In this document: one piece after another, positions 1-12,760 of the stretch | How positions within the stretch are numbered: the stretch's first letter is position 1 | How the letters are laid out: every line of letters starts with the position of its first letter | Source of the DNA: Macrostomum lignano | Taxonomy: Eukaryota | Length of the DNA stretch: 64,000 bases | Assembly: GCA_002269645.1 (NCBI GenBank) | Contig: NIVC01000769.1 | Span: 248,882 to 312,881 of the forward strand | Direction: 5' to 3' | Notes under the pieces: generated by a model | The model's input: the letters and a program-made list of their open reading frames with translations, nothing else | What the model was told of the DNA's origin: nothing | The model's database searches: none | Translations under genes and position numbers: made by a program

Positions 1-206
1 TAGACTCAATAGATGGTCCCCACCCCCACTCCTCTACTTCACCGCTTCAGGTGCACCTGCGAACAAAAAAAATTGCAGGCCGATTCGGGCTAATTTGCAG
101 TGAGCAGGGGAACAACTATTTGGCTGCGGGACCAGCTGAGCACCAGGGTAATTCTCAGGTCACTGCCGATCCTCCTTTAGCATCAATTACGCGGGCTGCC
201 TGCTAA

Positions 207-448
<242 letters not shown>

Positions 449-1138
449 AAAAGAAATCCAATCAATCACGCGCCAACTTTAAATGCATTTTGAAAGTTCG
501 GAGGGGGAGAAATATTCGAATAGAAGCTCAGTTGGGAAAATATACAGGAAAATCCCTAGAAAAGTTTAAGGCTAAATCGGGCATGAAAGTAAAGTATCTT
601 AAAAAATGAATCCATTCCAACTACTTTCTTGCTCTATGCTATGCTTCTCAACTACCAAATTCAATCTAAGTCTTGAGGGTTTGTTTTAATGACTCGAAAA
701 CAGTCAAATGCTTTTATTTCTGTTTCAGCAACTCCCAGTACTTTGCTCCACCTCCCAAAAGCGGAGATGCACTGGGTCGTGAGATTAGCCACGAAGCAAT
801 TCCCCGTGTGTGTCCTGCAGCTTGGAGGGGAAGCATAGGAGTTATCAAGATGAGACAAACACAACAGATTTGCTTCCAGTTGTCCCGTGGGAGCCGGCAG
901 AAATTATTTATCTCGAAATCTTTATTAGCGACAGGCCAGGCGGCAGCCGTTCCCGAGTCAGTCCAGAAATTTCAACCCGCTGCTTGGAGAGCGAGATAGG
1001 GAAGGAGAGAGCTCTCCAGCTGGCGGCTGAGAGGCATGAGTAATTGCCTGAGTTGTGGGCAGGCAGACTTTGCCTGCGGCTGCCCACTGGTCCCGCATGT
1101 GCTGAGCGAGGCTCGGAAGATTTCTTTTATCTCTGCTT

Positions 1139-1375
1139 TACTGCCTGCTTACCTGCCTGCTTATCTACCTAGCTATGGTATGTACCTGCCTGCCCAGCCT
1201 ACCTTAGCACCAACACACCAGTCTGCTTATCAACCTATACATCTACCAACCTACCTGCCTACCATCGAACCCTTAGGTTGGTTCTTAAATATGCTCGTAG
1301 ACTTCTTATTCAGCAAATTCTCTTGGCCTCAAATCAATTACTACACTACCTGCCTACCTACCTACCTACCTAGCT
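1139..1375. repeat. Degenerate CCTA/CCTG low-complexity tract
   Basis: Recurring cctgcctacc / cctacctac motifs; explains the spurious 113-aa ORF. Confidence 0.7.
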
Positions 1376-2027
1376 AACTAATTAGCTGAGTCTTCGGTAG
1401 ATAAGGGGCTATGGGTGTCTGCGCTGCTTTCTGTGCCTTGTTCTCGTAAGTTGGCTCTCAGTTGGCAACTCATTTGCAAAATGGAAGCTGGGAGCTGTCC
1501 CAAAAACAAGAGTGTTAATTTTTTCTGTTCATCGCCGGCAATAAAAAACCATATCCATGATCCCACCGCTCCTTCATGCTCCATCAGTATTTGAACTAAG
1601 CTGTCAGGCAAACCGAACATCCCAGTCCTCACGAATTATGGATTTACTTTACATTCTGCAGCTCAGTTTCAGCGGTAAAATTCGATGCAGCCCGCCTGCG
1701 ATCCAGCGGCCTCAGGGGAGGCAGTCAGTCGGTTGTTCTGGGGAAAGGCTGCTTTGAGTTGAAAGTCTAGAAAACTGTTTGCACAAGCGCGCACAGATGG
1801 CTTGGGAGGGCAGAAAGTCCCAAAAAATAGCAAAAACCGCTCCCGATGTCAAATATTTGGGTGTATTTGACTTCGCTTTGGGGCCTGGAATTCGACAGAC
1901 TTGGGCTTCTGCAGGTCTAATATTGCAGACATTCAGGTTTCACCTCCTTTGACCGGGACTTGAGCTGCTAGAGACGCTTTGAGAAACTGCAAGGAGAAGT
2001 CAAATTTGTTGTCTTTCACTTCTACCG

Positions 2028-2392
2028 GTCACCGACACGCTTCCACACCGGTCACAGACACGCTTCCACACCGGTCACAGACACGCTTCCACACCGGTCA
2101 CCAACACGCTTCCGCACCGGTCACAGACACGCTTCCACACCGGTTACAGAACGCTTCCACATCGGTCACCAACAAGCTTCCACACCGGTCACAGACACGT
2201 TTCCACACAGGTTACAGACGCGCTTCCACACCAGTTACAGAACGCTTCCACACCGGTCACCGACACGCTTCCGCACCGGTAACAGACACGCTTCCACACC
2301 GGTCACATACCAGCTTCCATACTGGTCACAGACCAGCTTCCACACCGGTCACAAACACGCTTCCACACCGGTCACAAACACGCTTCCACACC
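2028..2392. repeat. 23-bp minisatellite (CACCGGTCACAGACACGCTTCCA) in the GPCR intron
   Basis: About 16 tandem imperfect copies, starting ~45 bp past the GPCR donor site. Confidence 0.95.
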
Positions 2393-2436
2393 CGTCCAGG
2401 TGTTTCCGAGACCAGGCAAAGGCAGCCGCAACCAAC

Positions 2437-2949
2437 CTGAAACCTGTCCAGCGCAATGGCCACAATGGAGAAGGTGGACACAAACAGGTTGAGTCCGGTG
2501 AGTCCGTTGGCCAGCTTGCACAGCGGGGTGCCGTACCGCCAGCTCAGGTAATCTTGCAGCAGGCGCAGCATGTTGATTGGCTGGGTCACGGTGCACAGTA
2601 TGAAGTCAGACAGAGCCAGGTTCAACACGAAAACGTGCCTCGGTGAGCTGACGAACCGGCCGCAGCAGATCAGTCGGATCACCAAGCCGTTGCCCACAGC
2701 ACCGAAGAGGATCAGCAGGCAGAAGACGGCCATGCAGGCGGCCACGGCTGGCAGTTCGGCTCTGGCCAGCTGCTGCTGCTGCTGTCGCATCTCCAAGAAC
2801 TTTTCCACAAAGCCAGTGTAGTTCTTGCACATGTAGTACAGGTACAGGCCCGCTATGTGGTTCCTCTGTCGCATGTGCCTCAGGCAGCCGTCGCTGCTGC
2901 CGTTCAAGCTGTCGTTTAGCATGGGACTCCCTAAGGTAGAGTAGCTCAT
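2437..2949 (-). CDS. Class A (rhodopsin-like) neuropeptide GPCR, NPY/NPF/RFamide-receptor-like; exon 1 (N-terminus to TM3). Remaining exons not found and probably lie left of the window.
   Basis: N-terminus with N-glycosylation sequons (NDS, NGS); TM1 GAVGNGLV; TM2 NLALSDFILC..P; W-x-x-G-x-x-x-C-K (WRYGTPLCK); TM3 ending SIVAIALDRF. Donor CAG|GTTGGT at 2437/2436. Confidence 0.88.
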
Positions 2950-3084
2950 GGCCTAGCTGCTGCGGCGCTTTGCTTCCTAAGGGGAGAAACATTTCTTGCT
3001 GGGATGAACATTTTTTAATTCCGCAGTGATGCCTGAAAAACTGGCCGGCCAATCAGCTGCTCGGCTTGGCTGCGATTGGCGACA

Positions 3085-3258
3085 TCCGGCTGGGACACTG
3101 AGACACCCGAATGGGACACTTAGACACCCGACTGGGACACTGAGACACCCAGCTGGGATACTGAGACACCCGAATGGGACACTGAGACACCCGAATGGGA
3201 CACTGAGACACCCAGCTGGGATACTGAGACACCCGAATGGGACACTGAGACACCCGAA
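3085..3258. repeat. 21-bp minisatellite (GGGACACTGAGACACCCGAAT)
   Basis: About 8 tandem copies. Confidence 0.93.
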
Positions 3259-3504
3259 TACTATCGCCAGCAGCACAACTGGATTACAGTATTAAACCAA
3301 GATTTAGCGTCTTTGCATGCCAGAGTTTTGGATCTAATTTTAGAGTGTCTGTGAGTTTTTGACTGGTACTTTGATTGAGCGGAAGGATACAGTTTTAAGG
3401 CATATAATTTGGCATTCAGGCGACTAGCGGCTTGCGAGAGAATATTATCAGACAGAGATTTGCGAGTATAAACGCACGAGCCTTGCGATACGTCAATATA
3501 AATT

Positions 3505-3878
3505 CGCTCGTATAAATATTTGCAGAAGCGCTGCGGGCACCACCCTGGCGCAACGCCTTCGGCGACATTGTCCCACAAACCAGCCCTTGAGGCGATTCTG
3601 CACATTCCGCTGACTCCTGAGCGCATACAAGAGCGTCAATACCGTATACAGGCACTCATACACACGCTCACACAGGGTGTACAGCGGCCCTGACTGTCTA
3701 ATCCTCAGGCATGTACACTCTCTGTGCGTTGGGGGTTGGCCCTCATGGGCGCGAATCGCGCGACAACCCCCCCTGGCCAATTAGCGTGCACAAGCAACAA
3801 GTTAATATGGCGGTGCAACGGAATCGAACCAAGGGGTCGTGGCGCGAGAGTCGGACGCGTTCACCGCTGAGCTGCTCC
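3505..3878 (-). mobile_element. tRNA-headed SINE, family A (minus-strand copy)
   Basis: Reverse complement begins GGAGCAGCTCAGCGGTGAACGCG (A box) ... GGTTCGATTCC (B box). The body GGGGGTTGTCGCG..GGCCAACC..GAGTGTACATGCCTGA..CTGTACACCCTGTGTGAGCGTGTG aligns with 41876-42176. Confidence 0.75.
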
Positions 3879-4511
3879 TAATATATCAATGCTAAGCCAG
3901 AAAAGCATTTGTTAGGTTCAGTTTGACGGCTGCCATGCAGCCAAGACAGACACTTTGAGTTACAGGCGTCGATGCCAAGGGGGGAACCAAGGTGAGGCCG
4001 AAATCCAGACTTGCATTGCTGTTTTAGACATTTTGTCTTAGTAACTGCCATGCAGCTTTAGGCGCCTTCGGTACACCGGGGCTCAGTTGCTAATTCTGAG
4101 CAAATGTTTCTGCAGCCACGAACCCCCCCCCCAGCAACCCCTCCCTTCTGTTTTCATTCAGGCCCGACCCTCTGCCCTCAAGCTCGGAGATTTTCTATTG
4201 TGCAAACAGTGGCCCCTTAGGGCAAGTCTCCTCCAGCTTGCAGTCACTCGGAGAGAAGAATTTCTATAGAGGCACCGAGGCCGATTTCCATTGTGTGCGT
4301 GCCCAGACAATTTTGCCATCTATAGGCGGCCCGCCCCGCAGCGCCCGAGCCCGGCAGTTTATAATCGGAGACCCCGCGGCTCCTCTGCTACCCGCCTTTC
4401 GCCCCCTCAGCAGCTTAGAAATTCTCCGTAGCCGGCTTGGAGCAGAGCGGCGCACCCAGTTTCTCGCTTCTGTCACTTTTGACTCCCACCGCCTCCCAAC
4501 CGCTCAGCACC

Positions 4512-5212
4512 ATGGACTTCCTAACCGCTTACGAGGCCATCGACACCGACTTCTCCGGCGAGATCACCAGCGAGGAGCTGGAGGCCTACTGCCGCAAGCA
4601 CAATTACGAGGACAAATTTGTCGAGGTAAGATTGCTGCGTGAGACTGAGGCTTCTGAGCAGCTGAGAATACCCCTTGAGTCACTCCTATGCGGCACTCCC
4701 GACGCGTCGCCTTGCAGAAGTGGCTCCGCCTGTTCGATCACGACAACTCCGGGACCATCACCATCGAGGAGTTCTGCGAGACTCTCGGCCTCGTGCCCAA
4801 GCAGGAGTACATGTGAGCAGCTGAATTTCACGGCGATCGAATAAATCAATAAATCCCAACAATCCCGAATCCCCCACCAACAACCCAACCCAGGGAGAAG
4901 GTGCAGATCAACCGCGAGAAGTCCTCCGGCGTGATGGACGGCGTCAAGATCATCACAGAGGACCCGGACATGACCGACGAGCTGAAGGAGGAGATCGTCC
5001 AGCTGGCGCGCACCGCGCAGGAGCAGTTCGAAAACGAGCGCGACATTGCCCGCTACATGAAGTCCGAGCTGGACGCGAAGTTCGACCGGGCCTGGCACGT
5101 GATCGTCGGCCGGTTCCAGTACGGCTCCTTCTGCACGCACGAGGTCGGCCGCCTGTTCCACTTCTACGTGGTGCGGAATGCCATCCTGGTGTGGAAGACG
5201 CCGGACTACTGA
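4512..5212 (+). CDS. EF-hand + dynein light chain-like protein (tegumental allergen-like, TAL family), 175 aa; exons 4512-4625, 4718-4812, 4894-5212
   Basis: Two EF-hand loops (DTDFSGEITSEE, DHDNSGTITIEE) and a C-terminal DLC domain (DIARYMKSELDAKFDRAWHVIVGR..YGSFCTHE). Phase-consistent GT-AG introns; total 528 nt. Confidence 0.93.
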
Positions 5213-5960
5213 TATCCGCTCCCCCCTGCTGCCCACGTACTGACTGATCTGTTAGCAGTAAGAAATATCTACCAGCCGTCACTACTCATTACTCTTATCA
5301 GTAGTCACTCGCGCTACTAAGGAAGCCAGCCTACTGTGTCTTGACAATTTTCATTTTTGCTCATCGATTTTAAATTGTCTTCCATTGATTAAAAACCGCG
5401 CAAAATTACCTGACGCTTTGTGTGAATCCAATTTTTATTGCCCGCACTGAATACATTGTCAGCCAGGCGGTGAGCCGAGTGGTTTCAGATCCGCCAGATT
5501 AGTTACAATTGGCAGCGCAGCGAGTTTGTCTCGTGTCTCGCATCCGGCACTAACAGTGGGCTCAATTAACCGTGCTCTGGCACAAGCAGCCGTTGAGACA
5601 GAAAACAATTGCTATTTGATTTGTCTGTTTCAGATTTTGCCGATCAATTCCTGTGCGCCTTAAATCCACATGAAATCTGACAGTCTGCACTGGCATTGTG
5701 ACATCCGCTTGGTGCTAGGCAGTGAAAGCAGCCAGTCTCAGCATTGCTGATCGTTTTATAATCAATTTATTCGATTGCCTGTCCTACAATAACTGACTTG
5801 CCAGTGTCAGTATAGCCGTTATTTTTCGCATGCTATTAATGCTAGAGAGAGCATGTAGCATTTCTTTACCCCAATCACTAATAGTACGAGCTAGCGAGCT
5901 ACGCCCACTTTAAAACACCTGGCACCAACCAAACCCGAAGCCGTTACCACCTCATTTGAC

Positions 5961-6586
5961 TTCTAAGCACACTGATCGATTCCCCTCTGACATCTAAGCA
6001 CACTGATCGATTCCCCTCTCACATCTAAGCACACTGATCGATTCCCCTCTCACATCTAAGAACACTGATCGATTCCCCTCTGACATCTAAGCACACTGAT
6101 CGATTCCCCTCTGACATCTAAGCACACTAATCGATTCCCCTCTGACATCTAAGCACACTGATCGATTCCCCTCTGACATCTAAATACACTGATCGATTCC
6201 CCTCTGAAATCTAAGCACACTGATCGATTCTCCTCTGACATCTAAGCACACTGATCGATTCTCCTCTGACATCTAAGCACACTGATCGATTCTCCTCTGA
6301 AATCTATGCACACTGATCGATTCCCCTCTGACATCTAAGCACACTGATCGATTCCCCTCTGACATCTAAGCACACTGATCGATTCCCCTCTGACATCTAA
6401 GCACACTGATCGATTCCCCTCTGACATCTAAGCACACTGATCGATTCCCCTCTGACATCTAAGCACACTGATCGATTCCCCTCTGACATCTAAGCACACT
6501 GATCGATTCCCCTCTGACATCTAAGCACACTGATCGATTCCCCTCTGACATCTAAGCACACTGATCGATTCCCCTCGGACATCTAA
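5961..6586. repeat. 31-bp minisatellite (TCTAAGCACACTGATCGATTCCCCTCTGACA)
   Basis: About 20 near-identical head-to-tail copies with no spacers. Confidence 0.97.
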
Positions 6587-7457
6587 ACGCACCGAGCGTT
6601 TCTCTTACTCGTAGGCAAGCGAATTCTCAAATTTTAAACTTTCTTTTCCAAAGCCCAGCTGCTATTGTTTAAGCGTCAGATCAGTCGAATATTTACCGAA
6701 TTTCGCATTAAAACAAATTGTATTTTTTTCAACCCGTATTGCAAAATATGTGGGTGGAATTCAAAAATTTATATATGATTATGATTCGGATTGCTTGGAC
6801 CTGGCAACATCATACCTCCCATGGGAACTCGGCGCCCAGAATCCAATAACATTTAAAACTGCTCTTGAGCCGATGATGAGGCTTGCAGTCTCTCAGCCTC
6901 AGCAGCGGCGGACACTTGAACCCGAGCTCGCCCGCCTGATCGCAATCGTTATGAGTTCGAAAACATTTTCTGTCTTGCTGCGCATGCCGCTATTGTGGTG
7001 TCTCTGAAATTGCTGTCGGGGCTGGGGTGGCTGGGGGTAAAGCTTTTGATTTTTGACAGCAAAATGGAATCAATGACAGCTGACTAATTAATTTTTGCCA
7101 GTCGATTGTTGTCAGATTGATAGTTTTCATGTTTCGGTATTTATATTTTTACACGGGATTTTCAGCAAGATGAAAGGCACACAAAGCAGCCCGGGGCCGC
7201 TAAAGCAGGAAAAAAGCGACAAAGAATGGGGCGGGAGCGCTGATCAATCAGGGAAATTGCCGACGCTCGGAATGGGAAAATGTTTATCTGGGATGACTGT
7301 AGGATTGGGCTTGACAGTGCTGTGCGGGGTTCAGCGATAGACCTTGAAGCAGAGGGCAACAACACGGATTAAAGCAAGAAGGCGGTGCTTCATATGCAGT
7401 TTCAAGTAAAGCTCGGTGTACCAAATTTGTGTAACTAGCGGTCTTTCTCTCAGTTTG

Positions 7458-8657
<1,200 letters not shown>

Positions 8658-10202
8658 TGTTGAATTGGTCCAAGGTCTCACTGGCGCTAACTGCAGGTCT
8701 CCGCTGACTTCTAGCTGGGGTAGCCGCTTCCTGTACGCCACTTAATAAGCAAGCGAAGGGGTGGGTCAGGGGTCTGGGAAGAGTGTTTTGAGCTGGATAA
8801 ACACGAGTAACTTAGGGAAGAATGGAGCCCCCCGCCAGCCAATGCTGCTGATTTATCCTCAGCCGCCAATTGCAGTTGAGATCCCCACTCAGCCTCTGAG
8901 CCACTCGCTCCCCATCCTCCGGCTTCCCCTAAAAGCCTCCTAATCCATTTCTCGGGGACACCGTGGCGCAGACAAAAGCTATCATAATTCAATAGCTGGG
9001 CAATAGCGATTGTTTAACTTATGCTTCAAACTTGCTCGGGAATCGGGGAGGCCGGATCAGCAGATTTCGCCATCTATTTGGAACCGACAGCGATAATTTA
9101 TTGAGCAGCGCTGCCCAGCTGGCGGTGTCACGGACACCCACGGCTTGTCAGATTCTTGCCTCCCAGCGAATTAGTCCTCCGCCTCCCCGTAAGTGGGATC
9201 TAATAAGATAATGCCCCTATCTTAATTAGCTGTCTCGCGCTGGGCCCGACCGCCGCTGCCCCGGTTCGGAGTCCTCATATTCCCTAAATCCACTCGCTTG
9301 ATACACCAGGAAGGGGAGGCAGGCTGCGTGTCCGGACTGAGCAGAAACTGGGCGGGATCATTGATTTGTCCATGTCAAAGAGATCAATAATTGCAGCATC
9401 GATGGGAACTGGTGGAGCAACTCTCTCGAATATTCTCAATTGGGGGGGTTGGGGTTGAAACGAAAGAAAGGTAAGCGGAAAGCTCAAAACAGATGTATCG
9501 GGCCCTGACTGCCTTAATTGCCTGCCCCCACCCCCTAATTTCGGCTAATTGCTGCGGCAGACCAGCTGGGGATCCACTGGGAAACACGCTAGACCGAGGC
9601 AGATGGACCCGGCAATAATTAATTATGAAATCGAGCCGCACTGGTAGAGGGAGAAGCCCCCCCCCGCTTTTTTCCCATTCCGGGGATACTCGCATGCTTA
9701 AAAACAAAGGTAGCTATAGAATGGGAGAAAAGAGAGGAAGCGAGCGCAAATAGGAAGCTGGATTTCGGGGAGGAGGGGGTTGGGGCTGCTTCATCATAGC
9801 CGGGTCCTTGGGCATCATTAGCTGAAGGCAGTCACAAAAGCAGCGAGCCAGAGCCAGGAGTTTCCTCAATCAGGTGGGTTTGGCTTTTTCTCTTGACGCT
9901 AGAAAATCCGCTGTGCCGGCATTGTGAGGATAAAGGAAAATTTTCTGCGTTCTAAACATGTTAGCTTGGCTAATTTTTTAATCTCGGAGGTGACACAAAT
10001 ATGCTGATATTTTTTGCGGTGCCTCTATTCTCATATTTTGTCTGCGATTATTTCCTTGCTGAGCAGGTTTGCGAGAGCTGTGCCGGGCTCTCCGAGCACT
10101 TCCGGATTAGAGATTTCACACCGCTCCGCTGCTTTTTACTCTCTGGAACAATTGCTCTTGCAGTGCTGCAACATCCTGTGCCAATCTGGCTGCGATGCGT
10201 CA

Positions 10203-11590
10203 GTGGGATCAATCTGGTCAGGGCCTCGGGGATCAATCTGGTCAGGGCCTCGGGAATCAATCTGGTCAGGGCCTCGGGAATCAATCTGGTCAGGGCCTCG
10301 GGAATCAATCTGGTCAGGGCCTCGGGAATCAATCTGGTCAGGGCCTCGGGAATCAATCTGGTCAGGGTCTCGGGAATCAATCTGGTCAGGGTCTCAGGAA
10401 TCAATCTGGTCAGGGCCTCAGGAATCAACCTGGTCAGGGCCTCGGGAATCAATCTGGTCAGGGCCTCGGGAATCAATCTGGTCAGGGCCTCGGGAATCAA
10501 TCTGGTCAGGGCCTCGGGAATCAATCTGGTCAGGGCCTCGGGAATCAGTCTGGTCAGGGCCTCGGGAATCAATCTGATCAGCGCCCCGGGAATCAATCTG
10601 ATCAGCGCCCCGGGAATCAATCTGGTCAGGGCCTCGGGAATCAATCTGGTCAGGGCCTCAGGAATCAATCTGGTCAGGGCCTCGGGAATCAATCTGGTCA
10701 GGGCCTCGGGAATCAATCTGGTCAGGGTCTCGGGAATCAATCTGGTCAGGGCCTTGGGAATCAATCTGGTCAGAGCCTCGGGAATCAATCTGGTCAGAGC
10801 CTCAGGAATCAATCTGGTCAGGGCCTCGGGAATCAATCTGGTCAGGGCCTCGGGAATCAATCTGGTCTGGGCCTCGGGAATTAATCTGGTCAGGGCCTCG
10901 GATGTCAAGCTTGTCAGGGCCTCGGGTGTCAAGGTTGTCAGGGCCCCGGGAGTCAAGCTTGTCAGGGTCTCGGGTGTCAAGCTTGTCAGGGCCTCGGATG
11001 TCAAGCTTGTCAGGGTCTCGGGAATCAATCTGGTCAGGGTCTCGGGAGTCAAGCTTGTCAGGGTCTCGGATGTCAAGCTTGTCAGGGTCTCGGGAATCAA
11101 TCTGGTCAGGGTCTCGGGAGTCAAGCTTGTCAGGGTCTCGGGAATCAATCTGGTCAGGGTCTCGGGAATCAATCTGGTCAGGGCCTCGGGAATCAATCTG
11201 GTCTGGGCCTTTGGAATCAATCTGGTCAGGGTCTCGGGAGTCAAGCTTGTCAGGGTCTCGGGAATCAATCTGGTCAGGGTCTCGGGAGTCAAGCTTGTCA
11301 GGGTCTCGGGAATCAATCTGGTCAGGGTCTCGGGAGTCAAGCTTGTCAGGGTCTCGGGAATCAATCTGGTCAGGGCCTCGGGAATCAATCTGGTCAGGGC
11401 CTCGGGAATCAATCTGGTCTGGGCCTCGGGAATTAATCTGGTCAGGGCCTCGGATGTCAAGCTTGTCAGGGCCTCGGGTGTCAAGGTTGTCAGGGCCCCG
11501 GGAGTCAAGCTTGTCAGGGTCTCGGGTGTCAAGCTTGTCAGGGCCTCGGATGTCAAGCTTGTCAGGGCCTCGGGTGTCAAGCTTGTCAGG
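10203..11590. repeat. 24-bp minisatellite with two unit types (GGAATCAATCTGGTCAGGGCCTCG and GGATGTCAAGCTTGTCAGGGTCTCG-like) and higher-order duplication
   Basis: About 57 units; block ~10850-11000 recurs at ~11400-11560. Confidence 0.96.
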
Positions 11591-12639
11591 TCAATTTCAA
11601 GTCACGGATCTCTGAGCTCCGTGCTACACATGGTGCGTGGCGGCAAGATCCGCTGATGCCAAGGGGTACGCTCGTTATCGAGTGCTCCACAAACTCAACA
11701 GCAGCTCTGGGAAGGCTGCTTCAGGCGAGAAAGTAGCTGATTAAAAACGGCTCTCATAACAAAAATCTGTTGTGGCAGTTAGTCAGGAAAAATTCGTGTA
11801 TTTTCTGTTTTTTTTTAACTGGAAACTCAATTTTGCCTCATCAGTGCAAGGCCAGTCAGCAGTCAGCAGTCAGCAGTCAGCTCTTTCATTGATGACAGGC
11901 AAACTGACAGCTCAGGCGGAGCGGAGCGGGGACTTATTCAGGCGCGTCACCTGCAAACTCTGCTCAGCCAAATCTGCAGGCAAATAGCCTGGCTTGTCTT
12001 TGTTAATCTGTCATTCAGTTTCAATAGGAAAAGCGCTGCGGTGGCGCGAGCGCCAACACGCAAAGCTGACGACCACATCGATTAGCGCTGATTGACGCTT
12101 GACTTGAAAAATGCTTTTAATTACAGTGCCCCACCCCACCCCAGCCAGGTGGAGAGGGAGGAGCTTGGCAGGTCTTTCAGCTGCCGAATCTACAGAGCTG
12201 TCAGCTGTGATAAACCCGTCGGTGCATCAAAACTCCAAGCCTCAAGCAATAATGGGGAGGAGGGGGCACGTTTCAGCTTTTTTTGTTAAAGCCATCTGCC
12301 CGTTTGGCTCTTAGTCTAAAAGTTTCTCATTGTTTTCGAAAACATTTCTATCTAACCTCCATTGAATGATAAACACAATTGTTTTTTTTAATAACGACGT
12401 CCCACGGCGCAGTTCTGCTCAAATTTAGCCTGCAGGTTGTGCAACCGGTCTGCTTTTTCTAGTCGAGATCATTATGCCGAGAGTGAGAGAAGCTTTTCCA
12501 CTCCAATCATTAACTAGTAATAACAACGGGCTGAATCACAACGCCAAAATTTCACATCGTGATTCCCCAACTTCACGTTTCCCCTACGTACATGTAGCTC
12601 ACCTTAGCATGCACTCTCGCATGCTCCACTACCCAAATG

Positions 12640-12760
12640 CCCACTGCTTCACAACACCCAAACTTCACAATACCCAAACTTCACAATACCCAAACTTCAC
12701 AACACCCAAACTTTACAATACCCAACCTTGACAATACTAAAACTGTACAATCCGCAACCA
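12640..12760. repeat. Degenerate 16-bp repeat (ACCCAAACTTCACAAT)
   Basis: About 6 imperfect copies. Confidence 0.75.

Noticed and set aside
600-2000. Further exons (TM4-7) of the GPCR
   Set aside because: No minus-strand segment with GPCR TM4-7 motifs found; the hydrophobic ORF at 1378-1632 does not fit.
3805-3878. tRNA gene (A/B boxes; likewise 41876-41945 and 53736-53800)
   Set aside because: No complete cloverleaf or matching acceptor stem could be built, and each is followed by a repeat body, so they are SINE heads.
4604-5282. 210-aa and 109-aa minus-strand ORFs
   Set aside because: Antisense shadows of the GC3-rich TAL gene; no motifs.
5961-6586. 31-bp direct-repeat array as a CRISPR
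   Set aside because: Units are head-to-tail with no unique spacers, there are no cas genes, and the context is eukaryotic.
10001-11656. 551-aa (+) and 510-aa (-) ORFs as real proteins
   Set aside because: They are stop-free only because the 24-bp unit lacks stops in those frames; no domain, and both strands are open. Kept only as a low-interest finding.
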